Source of the DNA: Polyangiales bacterium
GTDB lineage: Bacteria > Myxococcota_A > Polyangia > Polyangiales > Polyangiaceae
Assembly (NCBI GenBank): GCA_038231275.1
Contig: JBBRLQ010000004.1
Coordinates: 64,001 to 128,000 of the forward strand
Direction of reading: 5' to 3'
DNA: 64,000 nt
Below, in pieces: positions 12,257 to 20,986 of this stretch. The translations under genes were made by a program, and so were the position numbers. The stretch's first letter is position 1, and each line of letters begins with the position of its first letter. Below the pieces are notes generated by a model that worked only from the letters and a program-made list of their open reading frames with translations, was not told the DNA's origin and did no database searches.

Positions 12257-13417
12257 GTGAGGCTCGTCGGCTTCGCGGCGATCGTCGCGCTCGTCGGGTG
12301 CGGGTCGACGAGCGCCTCCCCTTCTCCCGGCGCCGACGCGGGTCTCGACGCGACGCTCGACGGCGCCATCGACGCGTCCAACGAAGCGGGCGATGCCGCG
12401 GAGGACGTGCGCCCGCGCCTAGGACGAACGCTCGGCCTCGACATCAACGCGGCAGAGGACGGCAACTACATCACCTCGTTCAACCTCGCGAGGGACGCCG
12501 GCGTGCAGGCGGTGAACCTGACGATCGACTGGAGCCGCGTCGAGACGGTCTCCGACGCGGGACCGGACGGCGGCGACGCGGGCGGCGTGATGGACTTCGA
12601 TCCGAACCTGCACATCGCCAACCTCGTGTTCCCGGGCGCCGCCAAGGTGTCGCTCGCCTTTCGCGCCGTCGACACGACCGGGCCGTCGCTGCCGTCCGAT
12701 CTCGCGGGTCGCCCGCTCGACGACGCGCAAGTCCGCCAGCGCTACGACGCGGCGCAGGACTACGTCTTCGGCCAGATCCCCGATCTCACGCTGACGATGT
12801 ACGTGATCGGAAACGAACTCGACTTGGCCCTCGGCACCGACTCGGCGAAGTGGGCCGCGTACCGGACGTTTTTCGACGGCGCCGCCGCGCACGCCCGCAC
12901 GCTAAAGCCGGGCGTGAAGGTGGGGAGCGTCTTCACGCTCGCCGGCGCACTGGCACACCCCGAGCTCGTGACACCGACGCTTGCGAACGCCGACTTCCTG
13001 GGGCTTACGTATTACCCGCTCCGCGCCGACTTCTCCGTGCGTCCGCCCACGGACGTGCGCGCCGATTTGGACTCCCTCGTCGCGCTCTACCCGAGCGTCC
13101 CGATTTTCTTCCGCGAGGCCGGCTACCCGTCGGGCGCGGACGTGGCGAGCTCTGCCGAGCAGCAGGCGGCGTTCGTGACCGAGCTCTTTCGAGCGTGGGA
13201 TGCGCACGCCGAGCGGATCCCGATCATGACGCTGTTCACCATGAACGAGTACTCGCCGCAGGCGATCGCCTCGCTCGCCAAATACTACGGCTCCTCCGAC
13301 CCAAAATTCCTGGCGTACTTGGGCACGCTCGGCCTCCGGACCTACGCGCCGGGAAGCGGGGCGAACAAGCCCGCCTGGGACGCCCTCGCGCACGCCGCGC
13401 ACGCGCGCGGCTGGTAG
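12257..13417 (+). CDS. Clan GH-A-like glycoside hydrolase lipoprotein, 386 aa
   Basis: Lipobox LVGC; acid/base motif IGNE, GLTYYP, nucleophile motif FREAGYPS, C-terminal LGL...KPAW. GTG start at 12257 is inferred. Confidence 0.7.
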   Translation: MRLVGFAAIVALVGCGSTSASPSPGADAGLDATLDGAIDASNEAGDAAEDVRPRLGRTLGLDINAAEDGNYITSFNLARDAGVQAVNLTIDWSRVETVSDAGPDGGDAGGVMDFDPNLHIANLVFPGAAKVSLAFRAVDTTGPSLPSDLAGRPLDDAQVRQRYDAAQDYVFGQIPDLTLTMYVIGNELDLALGTDSAKWAAYRTFFDGAAAHARTLKPGVKVGSVFTLAGALAHPELVTPTLANADFLGLTYYPLRADFSVRPPTDVRADLDSLVALYPSVPIFFREAGYPSGADVASSAEQQAAFVTELFRAWDAHAERIPIMTLFTMNEYSPQAIASLAKYYGSSDPKFLAYLGTLGLRTYAPGSGANKPAWDALAHAAHARGW

Positions 13418-13553
13418 CGGACGCGCGAGCGGAAGGAAGCGCATAGCCGCGCGGATCTCCTAAGGATCCGTGGTTGACCCCGGGGCCCCGGTCGCGGTAC
13501 GAGAGGCGCCTCCGCTTGCTCCTTCCCCCTCCTTGCTCACGGCCGCCCGCCTG

Positions 13554-16253
13554 ATGCGATCTCCCACGAAACGCGGCTTTAATCGGGTGCTCGCGGTCTT
13601 CGCGGCGTTCGTCGTCGCGCTCGTCGTGGCCTTCGTCCCGTCGCGCGTGGCGCATGCGCAGGCGCTCGACGGCGGGGCCGACGGATCGGCCGACGGAGGC
13701 GTCGACGCGCGCACCGCCCCTCCGCTCATCGCGCCCGGGCGATCGGAGATGGACGAGCCCGGCACCGGCGACGCCGGGGTCCCCGGCAACGCGATGGACG
13801 CCGGCGGCCAGGTGCTCGACACCGCCGCCGCAGCCGGCACCGCGCAAGTTCGCATCCCGCCGTCGGAGACCGAGAAGGCGGAAGGCACGCCCATCCTCAA
13901 GATCGACATCAGCGGCAACCGCCGCGTGGCGCGCGAGGACATCAACACCTACCTCCGCGAGAAGCCCGGCCAGCTCTTCAAGGGCGACAACCTCACGAGC
14001 GATGTGCGCGCGCTGTGGGACTCTGGCTTCTTCGACGACATCGAGGTCGATCTCACGCGTGGCGATCGCGGCATCACGCTCCGCTTCCTCGTGCGCGAGC
14101 GCCCGAACATCAAGGGCGTCGAGTTCGACGGCAACGAAGAGATCGAGGACGACAAGCTCCAGGAGGCGATCGAGGTCAAGGCGAACACGATCCTCAGCGT
14201 CCCGGCGGTGCGCCGAAGCGTCCAGAAGATCAAGGACGCGTACGCCGAGAAGGGCTACTTCCTCGCCGACGTCGAGTTCACGGTCGAGCCGCAGCGCGAC
14301 AACGAGGTGCTCGTCCGCTTCAAGATCGTCGAGCACACGCCGGTCACCGTCCGCCGCGTCACGTTCATCGGCAACTACAGCGTCCCCGACTCCGAGCTGC
14401 GCGAGGTGATGCAGACCGGCCAGGGCTCGTTCTTCTCGTTCGGCTCCGGCGGCCCGTACCGCCAGGACATGTTCGAGCGCGACGTGCTCATGATCAACGC
14501 CCTCTATTACGACAAGGGCTACATGAGCGTGCAGATCGGCACGCCGCGCGTGATGCTCACGCCCGATCGCGAGGGCATCGAGATCACGCTCGCCATCCAC
14601 GAGGGGCCGCGCTTCAAGATCCGCCAGCTCAAGATCTTCGAGCGCGACAACGAGGGGCACGAGATCGAGCCGCTCGGCGGACGGCGCCAGCTGCGCCAGC
14701 TCGTTCGGTCGCACAACGGCGACTACTTCAACCGCGCGGAGCTCGTGAAGGATCTCCAGGCGGTCCGCACGCTCTACCGCGACGCCGGCTACGCGAACGT
14801 CGAGGCCGAGCCGGAGACCGAGCTCGATCCCGTCCACCAAGAGGTCGACATCGTCATCCCCATCCGCCGCGGACCGCTCGTCCACGTCGAGCGCATCGAG
14901 CTGAAGGGGAACACGAAGACGCGCGACAAGGTCCTGCGCCGCGAGATGGAGATCGAGGAGGGCATGCTCTTCTCGGAGACCCGCCTCGAGGACAGCAAGC
15001 GGCGCATCCAGGCGCTCGGCTACTTCGAGCGCGTCGACGTGTCGACCGAGCAAGGGTCGGCGCCCGACAAGATCATCATCAACTTCGAGATCGCGGAGCG
15101 CCCGACCGGAACGTTCCAGGTCGGCGCCGGCTTCAGCTCGGTCGAGAATTTCATCGTCACCGCGCAGGTGCAGCAGGCAAACCTGTTCGGCAACGGGCAG
15201 TCGCTCGCCTTGCAAGCGCAGGTGTCGGGCTTGCGGCAGCTCGTGAGCATTCGCTTCTTCGAGCCGTATTTCTTGAACACCGACTGGTCGGCGAGCACGG
15301 AGCTCTTCGACACGCTGTACGTGTTCCCGGACTTCTCGCGCCGCTCTCTGGGTGGGTCCCTGACGTTCGGCTACGCGCTCGTGCAGCCGTGGCTTCGCTT
15401 GTCCATCACGGCGACCGCGCAGCAGGACAAGGTCGATACGAGCCAGGTCAATACGTTCTTCGGCTCGACGTCGGGCTTCGTCAGCATCTTCCAGCGCCTG
15501 CCGCTCGCCAACCTCTTCAACGACGGCCGCACGATCTCGCTGCGCCCTGCGATCGTCTACGACACGCGCGACAACCGCCTCTTCCCGTCGTCGGGCATTT
15601 TTCTCCAGGCGTCGACGGAGCTCGCGAGCGGGTACTTCGGCAGCGAGATCGAGACGCTGCGTCACCGCTTCCAGGGCAACTTCTACTACCCGCTCGGCCT
15701 CAACACCGGGCAACCGGGCTCCGGCTTCGTGCTCAAGCTGCGCACCGAGTTCGGCGCGGTCACCTCGCCTCACGCCGAGGGCGTGCCGATCTTCGCGCGC
15801 TACTTCCTCGGCGGCATCCTCGACGTGCGCGGCTATCGCCTCCGCACCATCGGCCCGCGCTTGCCGCTCAACCAGTCGCTCGACGTGAACGCCCCGCCGA
15901 TCCCGAACGGCGCGAACATCGGCGGCAACGTGCAGGCGTTCGAGAACCTCGAGGTCGAGTTCCCGATCATCGACAAGGTCGGCATCCGCGGCGTCACGTT
16001 CCTCGACGCCGGCAACGCGTGGAACACCGAGCAGCAGTTCTGCAAGACGACGCCGGCGCCGCAATTCGACAAGGTGGTGTCGCCCTGCTTCACGTTCCCC
16101 GACAGCCTCGGCTACCTGCGCGCGTCGACGGGGTTCGGCATCCGCTGGTTCTCGCCGCTCGGCCCGCTGCGCTTCGAGTGGGGCTTCCCGCTGAAGCCGC
16201 TGCCGTACGAGGAGAGCTACGTGTTCGAGTTCACGATCGGGAATTTCTTCTAG
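13554..16253 (+). CDS. bamA: Outer membrane protein assembly factor BamA, about 899 aa
   Basis: Signal peptide, five POTRA-like repeats (ISGNRRV, F.GN, YAEKGY, KTRDKVLRRE), barrel motif VRGY, SPLGPLRFEWG, C-terminal FEFTIGNFF. Confidence 0.95.
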   Translation: MRSPTKRGFNRVLAVFAAFVVALVVAFVPSRVAHAQALDGGADGSADGGVDARTAPPLIAPGRSEMDEPGTGDAGVPGNAMDAGGQVLDTAAAAGTAQVRIPPSETEKAEGTPILKIDISGNRRVAREDINTYLREKPGQLFKGDNLTSDVRALWDSGFFDDIEVDLTRGDRGITLRFLVRERPNIKGVEFDGNEEIEDDKLQEAIEVKANTILSVPAVRRSVQKIKDAYAEKGYFLADVEFTVEPQRDNEVLVRFKIVEHTPVTVRRVTFIGNYSVPDSELREVMQTGQGSFFSFGSGGPYRQDMFERDVLMINALYYDKGYMSVQIGTPRVMLTPDREGIEITLAIHEGPRFKIRQLKIFERDNEGHEIEPLGGRRQLRQLVRSHNGDYFNRAELVKDLQAVRTLYRDAGYANVEAEPETELDPVHQEVDIVIPIRRGPLVHVERIELKGNTKTRDKVLRREMEIEEGMLFSETRLEDSKRRIQALGYFERVDVSTEQGSAPDKIIINFEIAERPTGTFQVGAGFSSVENFIVTAQVQQANLFGNGQSLALQAQVSGLRQLVSIRFFEPYFLNTDWSASTELFDTLYVFPDFSRRSLGGSLTFGYALVQPWLRLSITATAQQDKVDTSQVNTFFGSTSGFVSIFQRLPLANLFNDGRTISLRPAIVYDTRDNRLFPSSGIFLQASTELASGYFGSEIETLRHRFQGNFYYPLGLNTGQPGSGFVLKLRTEFGAVTSPHAEGVPIFARYFLGGILDVRGYRLRTIGPRLPLNQSLDVNAPPIPNGANIGGNVQAFENLEVEFPIIDKVGIRGVTFLDAGNAWNTEQQFCKTTPAPQFDKVVSPCFTFPDSLGYLRASTGFGIRWFSPLGPLRFEWGFPLKPLPYEESYVFEFTIGNFF

Positions 16254-16795
16254 CTCGCCGAGACTGCGTCGTCGGCCTCCGTCCACGCCCCGATCGGGAT
16301 CTCGCGCGCGCGTAAAGGCCGAACGACCTTGTCGCGCATCGACCGGCGCGCCAATGCGAGGTAGGCGCCGGTCTCCATCCAACCCAGCGAGTTCCCCTTC
16401 GTGTCGAACCCTGCGCGGCCCCGCGCGGCGATGGCCGCCCACTGCTTCTTGATCGACCCGATGGCGATGTCGGCGTGCCTGCCCACGTGCGCGCGCTCCT
16501 CTGCGGTCATCTCTCCTGTCGCCCAGTCGAGGAAGGTGAACCCGAAGGTGCCGTGCGCCGCTTCGTCGCGCAGGATGCGCCCGAGCACGGCGCGCGGCAT
16601 CGGGTGCGTCGACGCGTGCCACGTCCCGCGGATGAGCGGGATCGAGAGCGCTTCGCCGACGCAGAAAAATCGGGCGATCAGCTCCGCCGCGCGCGCGATG
16701 GGTCGAACGCTCATCTCCGGGCGCATCTTCCGATAGCGCCGCTCGAACGCGCCGCCGATCATCTCGAGCTCGAAGACCGCGCCCTTCGGATCCAT
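16250..16795 (-). pseudogene. Ferritin-like domain gene, apparently internally deleted (181 aa in frame)
   Basis: Has only the second half of a diiron four-helix ligand set (CVGEALS ... RDEAAH); no first E...ExxH pair. Pseudogene status is inferred. Confidence 0.5.
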
Positions 16796-16826
16796 CGTGA
16801 CGGGGCCGGTCAGGCCGACGGAGGGG

Positions 16827-16950
16827 TCAACCGCCGTCATCGCTCGCGTCCGTGGCGCCGTCGCCCGCGTCAGCGCGCGCGTCGTTTGCGTCGGCGCCCG
16901 CATCGCTCGCGTCGGGCGGGATCGCACCTACCAGGACCCAGACGGCGTGA
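16827..16950 (-). pseudogene. Orphan 3' gene remnant encoding a DAG-rich tail
   Basis: Frame reads VWVLVGAIPPDASDAGADANDARADAGDGATDASDDGG*, like the lipoprotein linkers in this window, with no credible start of its own. Confidence 0.4.
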
Positions 16951-16957
16951 GAGCGTC

Positions 16958-17317
16958 TCAGCTCTCGTCGGAGAAGCGCTCCCAGGCGGCCTGACGGGAC
17001 ACGCCGAGCGCGTCGGCGATGCGCTCCCAGCTCGTGCCGCGGCGGCGGATGGCACCGACGTGCTCGCGTAGTCTCTCCGACGCGTCGCCCACTGCCGATT
17101 CGGCGGCGGGCAAGGTCGCGAGCAGCTCCTCGTCGCTCATGGACGACCAACCCGCGAACGCCGCGGTCGGCTTGCCGGTGAGGATCCTTCCGCATAGCGC
17201 AACGCATGCCTCGCAGATGTGAACACCGGGGCCGGCAACGAGCTTGCCGGCCTGCTCGCGGGTCTTCCGACAGAACGAGCAATGCAACGTGGTCTTGAGC
17301 GACGTCGTGGCGTTCAT
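16958..17317 (-). CDS. ClpX C4-type zinc finger + HTH protein, 119 aa
   Basis: CSFC...[13 protein letters not shown] (ClpX zinc-binding domain) followed by [20 protein letters not shown] (HTH); AGGAG RBS. Confidence 0.85.
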   Translation of the reverse strand: MNATTSLKTTLHCSFCRKTREQAGKLVAGPGVHICEACVALCGRILTGKPTAAFAGWSSMSDEELLATLPAAESAVGDASERLREHVGAIRRRGTSWERIADALGVSRQAAWERFSDES

Positions 17318-17344
17318 CTTCCTTCTCCTGGGCGCGATCACATC

Positions 17345-17391
17345 TGTCAAGGTAGTCCTGACACCACCGCGCCGTCAAGGAAGACCTGACG
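17345..17391. promoter_or_regulatory. Two 19-bp palindromic operator-like boxes overlapping a minus-strand promoter
   Basis: TGTCAAG-GTAGT-CCTGACA (17345-17363) and CGTCAAG-GAAGA-CCTGACG (17373-17391). Minus-strand TTGACG-N18-TACCTT spans both. Confidence 0.7.
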
Positions 17392-17484
17392 ACAGGCTTG
17401 CGCGGCCTCGCCGAAGCGGGCCGGAAATAGCGCGGAGGGAAGAACTGTGACGGCTACCGCGTATGACGGCGCGTGCGCCTAACC

Positions 17485-18909
17485 ATGGACTTTTCCAAGC
17501 TTACCCTCGCCTTCCTCCTCACTTGCGCCCCCGCGACGGTTGCCTGCAGCGGCGCCGGAAACGGCGATCTCTTTGCCGGCGGCCAGTCCGACGGGGGCGG
17601 CCTCGACGCGACAGGCCCGCAAGGCGACGGGGACTCGCCCAATCCCGACACCGGGCCGCCCGGCCCCTGCGTCCCCAACGATCTCGCCGATTGCGCAGGC
17701 AAGTGCGGGCAGTTGAAGGGGCGCTGCGGTGCGCCGGTCTCGTGCGCGTCGTGCGCGCCGGAGCTCACGTGCGGCGGTGGCGGACCGAACGTGTGCGGTC
17801 ACGGGCCGTGCACGCCGAACTGCGCCGGAAAAGCGTGCGGCGACAGCGACGGGTGCGCGGGCCTCTGCCAGACAGGCGCGTGCGGCACGGGGCTTCGATG
17901 CAAAGCGGGCGTCTGCGCGTGCGACGGGACGTCGTGCACCGGATGCTGCTCCGCGAACACCTGCAAGCCCGGAAATGCAGCCGACGCGTGCGGCGCAGGC
18001 GGCGGCGCATGCGCGGCGTGCGTCTCTCCGAGCACCTGCCAACTCAGCGGTGTCTGCCGACCGCCGGGCACGAGCTCCAAGGTCGTCCTCTTCGGCGGCT
18101 ACACGGGCGCCAGTTATCTCAGCGACACGGTTTTGTGGGACGGCGTGTCGTGGACGACGGCTGCCGTCAGCGGACCTTCTGCACGATCGCGTCACGCGAT
18201 GGCGACGCAGGGGAGCAAGGTCGTCCTCTTCGGTGGCTCCGTCAACGACAGCACCGGCCTCGCCGACACATGGGAGTTCGACGGCGCCGCGTGGAAACAG
18301 AAGGCTGCCGGGCCGCCCGCGCGCTTGTCGGCGACGATGGGCACGCTCGGGAACAAGGTCGTTCTCTTCGGCGGGCAAGACAGCGCCGGCGTCTACTTGC
18401 AGGATACATGGGAGTGGGACGGCGCCACCTGGACGCAGAAGACTCCGGCCACGTCGCCGCCCGCGCGCTGGATCGCCAGCATGGCCACGCTCGGCGGCAA
18501 GGTCGTTCTCTTCGGCGGCGCCGGCAGCGTCGGCGCCCTCGGCGACACGTGGGAGTGGGACGGCGTCACTTGGACGCAGCGCGCGACGACCGGACCGACC
18601 GCGCGCAGCGGCGTCGCGATGGCCACCCTCGGCGGCACGATCGTGCTCTTCGGCGGCAACAGCACGGCCGTCCTCTCCGACACGTGGGAGTGGAGCGGCA
18701 CCTCCTGGACGGCGCGCACCGTCAGCCCCATTCCGCCCGCGCGCTACGACCACGCGATGGTCGGCTTCGGCGGCAAGGTGCTGATGGCCGGCGGCATCGG
18801 CACTTCTGTCGACCTCGGCGATTTCTGGATCTGGAGTGGGACGGCGTGGGCAAGCAACGCCGCGTCGCCGAGCGCGCGCGATCACTTCGCGATGGCGGTT
18901 CTCCCCTGA
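17485..18909 (+). CDS. Lipoprotein with Cys-rich region and Kelch-like beta-propeller, 474 aa
   Basis: Signal ending TVAC; Cys-rich segment (CGDSDGC); about six repeats of KVVLFGG...DTWEWDG..W...P.AR..HAM. Confidence 0.85.
   Translation: MDFSKLTLAFLLTCAPATVACSGAGNGDLFAGGQSDGGGLDATGPQGDGDSPNPDTGPPGPCVPNDLADCAGKCGQLKGRCGAPVSCASCAPELTCGGGGPNVCGHGPCTPNCAGKACGDSDGCAGLCQTGACGTGLRCKAGVCACDGTSCTGCCSANTCKPGNAADACGAGGGACAACVSPSTCQLSGVCRPPGTSSKVVLFGGYTGASYLSDTVLWDGVSWTTAAVSGPSARSRHAMATQGSKVVLFGGSVNDSTGLADTWEFDGAAWKQKAAGPPARLSATMGTLGNKVVLFGGQDSAGVYLQDTWEWDGATWTQKTPATSPPARWIASMATLGGKVVLFGGAGSVGALGDTWEWDGVTWTQRATTGPTARSGVAMATLGGTIVLFGGNSTAVLSDTWEWSGTSWTARTVSPIPPARYDHAMVGFGGKVLMAGGIGTSVDLGDFWIWSGTAWASNAASPSARDHFAMAVLP
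18079..18900 (+). repeat. Intragenic Kelch-blade coding repeats (about 140 bp period)
   Basis: Recurring AAGGTCGT(C/T)CTCTTCGG and GACAC(G/A)TGGGAGT.. blocks in frame within the Kelch gene. Confidence 0.75.
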
Positions 18910-18924
18910 GAATCTTGCGGCCGA

Positions 18925-19770
18925 CTATTTCTCGATCACGCGAACATCGCCGCTGAACGTCCGAAGTACCACGGTCGGCGCGCTCGTCGTGGTCGTCCCT
19001 GCGTCGCCGGGCGACGATTTCACCTCGACGCGGCCGCGCGAGCGCGCGTCCACGGCGAGCGGCGTTCCCTTCGGGACGGTCAACGTGATGCCGCCGGAGT
19101 GCGATCGCAGCTCGAAGGGGCCGTCGCCCACGACCTTCCCTTCGGCCTCGACGGCGCCGGAGACGCTCCGCAGCTCGAGGCGCTCGAAGGTGGACGCCTT
19201 GACGCCGATCGGCGCGCCGACCGTCTTGGCGTAAATCCGGGGGGTCTTGCCTCGGCATTGGGCGCGGATCGCGCCGCCCACGCTCGTCGCGCGGACGTCG
19301 CAGACCGCCAGATCGAGATCAACGGTGCCGGAGACGGAGTCGGCTTCTACGTCCTTCGGCGCGCCCCGGACGTGTATGGCGCCGGCGACCGTGCGCACGC
19401 GGACGCTGCCGGTCACGTCGGCGACGGTCACCTCCCCGCCGATGGTTCGAACGTCGACGGCGCTGGCGGCGGGGACCGAGACTTCGATCGCGTCGCCGTC
19501 GCTCTGCGGGCCGGCGGTCACGCTGACGCGCGCGTGATCCTCGGTGACCTGGACGGAGAGGGCGCCGCCGCCGCTGACCTTCACCTCCGCGCGGCTCCAG
19601 GCGACGACGCGGACCGGCCGTCCGAACGCGCGGACGTGCACGGCTGCCGACGCCGACACCGCGATCGCGTGGACGGCGCTGGCGTCCGACGGTCCGTCGG
19701 CGCGCGCGGAGCCCGAAGCGCACGCGAACATCACACCGGCGACGAGCGCGGCAAGACGGTTCCGGCTCAT
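18925..19770 (-). CDS. Exported DUF4097 (putative adhesin) beta-strand repeat protein, 281 aa
   Basis: Signal peptide; repeated V.T/S.xG.V/I units (VRTIGGEV, ADSVSGTV, LRSVSGAV, LRTFSGDV). Confidence 0.82.
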   Translation of the reverse strand: MSRNRLAALVAGVMFACASGSARADGPSDASAVHAIAVSASAAVHVRAFGRPVRVVAWSRAEVKVSGGGALSVQVTEDHARVSVTAGPQSDGDAIEVSVPAASAVDVRTIGGEVTVADVTGSVRVRTVAGAIHVRGAPKDVEADSVSGTVDLDLAVCDVRATSVGGAIRAQCRGKTPRIYAKTVGAPIGVKASTFERLELRSVSGAVEAEGKVVGDGPFELRSHSGGITLTVPKGTPLAVDARSRGRVEVKSSPGDAGTTTTSAPTVVLRTFSGDVRVIEK

Positions 19771-20333
19771 CGCTCCACCCCGTCCGGCGACGACGGCAGC
19801 TCGGTGGCCGCGCGCAGCACGTCGAGCTTGTCCTCCAATGCGCGATCGAGATCGGCGCGGAGCTCGGCGTCGTTAGGTTGGACAACGAGCGCCGCGCGCA
19901 CGGCGCCGATCGCCTCGTCGAGGATGCGAACGTTCTCGTCCACGACGCGGAGTACGGACGGTGGCTCCTCCGCGCGGCGCGCCTCGAGCTCGGCGCGCAA
20001 CGTCGCAGCAGCCTCGTCGTACGCCGCCTCGTCGGGGAGCACCGCGGTCACCGCGCTCGGCGCCGGCGAGGCAAGCGGCGCGCTCACGCTCATGACCGCG
20101 CTCGGGCTCGCCCCCGCGTCGTGGTCCTCGCCGCGACGCGACACCAGCGCCACCGCGGCAGCCGACGCGATCGCCACCACGAACGCCGTCGCGACCAGAA
20201 CGTTCGGCCGGCGCGCGCGCTTCTCTCTCGCGACGATCCGCGCGTCGATGTCCGGCCACAGATCACGCGGCGGCGCGATCTCGCGCGGAAGACCCTTCAC
20301 GCGCTCGTCGAGGTCGCGCTTCGGCTCATCCAT
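19767..20333 (-). CDS. Probable membrane anti-sigma factor, 188 aa
   Basis: Overlaps the ECF sigma stop; LPREIAPPRDLWPDIDARI, one TM, C-terminal helical domain (ENVRILDEAI..VR.AL..QPND). Confidence 0.72.
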   Translation of the reverse strand: MDEPKRDLDERVKGLPREIAPPRDLWPDIDARIVAREKRARRPNVLVATAFVVAIASAAAVALVSRRGEDHDAGASPSAVMSVSAPLASPAPSAVTAVLPDEAAYDEAAATLRAELEARRAEEPPSVLRVVDENVRILDEAIGAVRAALVVQPNDAELRADLDRALEDKLDVLRAATELPSSPDGVER

Positions 20334-20904
20334 CGAGCACCTCCCGAAGGAGCGCCTTCGCGTGGAAGAGGTGCGCGCGGCTCGTCGCCTCCGTGCAGCC
20401 CATCATGTCGGCGATTTCGGCGTGCGCGTAGCCTTCGATCGCGGCGAGCACGAAGACGATCCGCGCCGCCTCGGGGAGCCGGCGGATGCCGCGTTCGAGA
20501 TCGACGGCGGCGTCCGGCCTCGCCTCGCGCGCGGTCGCGCCGCCCTCGACGTCGGCGGTCGGCTCGACCCTGCGGAGGCGTCGGGAGGTGGTTCGGTGGT
20601 GCATCATCACCTGCCGCACGGCGATCCTATGGAGCCACGCCGAGAGGGGACACTCCTCGCGGAACTCGGCGAGCTTGTCCCACGCGCGCACGAAGACGTC
20701 TTGGGTGATCGCGTCGGCGTCGGCCGGTTGCCCCGCCGTCCGCAAGCACAGCGCGTACACCCGACCGACGTGCTCGCGATAGAGCGCCGCAAACGCGGTC
20801 TTGTCCCCTGCCTGCGCCGCGCGCACGCGCGGATCTCGAACCGCGTCCTCGTCGGGCAAGGTGGACGTTTCCGCCATGGAGGGGTGGAGGGGGAGCGCTA
20901 TCAC
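20326..20904 (-). CDS. ECF sigma factor (sigma70 group 4)
   Basis: Region 2 AQAGDKTAFAALY...ITQDVFVRAW...SAWLHRIA; region 4 LPEAARIVFVL..IEGYAHAEIADMMG. Alternative start at ATG 20877. Confidence 0.92.
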   Translation of the reverse strand: MIALPLHPSMAETSTLPDEDAVRDPRVRAAQAGDKTAFAALYREHVGRVYALCLRTAGQPADADAITQDVFVRAWDKLAEFREECPLSAWLHRIAVRQVMMHHRTTSRRLRRVEPTADVEGGATAREARPDAAVDLERGIRRLPEAARIVFVLAAIEGYAHAEIADMMGCTEATSRAHLFHAKALLREVLDG

Positions 20905-20922
20905 GGCCGCTTCTTTCTAGGG

Positions 20923-20977
20923 GATGCCGGTGGGCAGGCGAACGTTTAACTTAAACGTCCGCCGCGCGGGCGGCATC
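20923..20977. promoter_or_regulatory. Back-to-back divergent ECF-type promoters forming a 55-bp imperfect inverted repeat
   Basis: Both strands read TTAAACGT(T/C)CGCC-N7-CGGCATC outward from C20950, i.e. AAC-N17-CATC. Confidence 0.75.
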
Positions 20978-20986
20978 TCCTACGCG

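Noticed and set aside
13236..16622. 1128-aa antisense ORF over bamA, and similar long shadow ORFs over gyrA, dnaK, the TolC genes and the M16 genes
   Set aside because: Expected in high-GC3 DNA where antisense frames lack stops; R/A/G/V-rich, no motifs, fully overlapping well-supported genes.
18079..18900. Regularly spaced DNA repeats that could resemble a CRISPR array
   Set aside because: They are degenerate, in frame, about 140 bp apart and encode Kelch blades; no cas genes are present.
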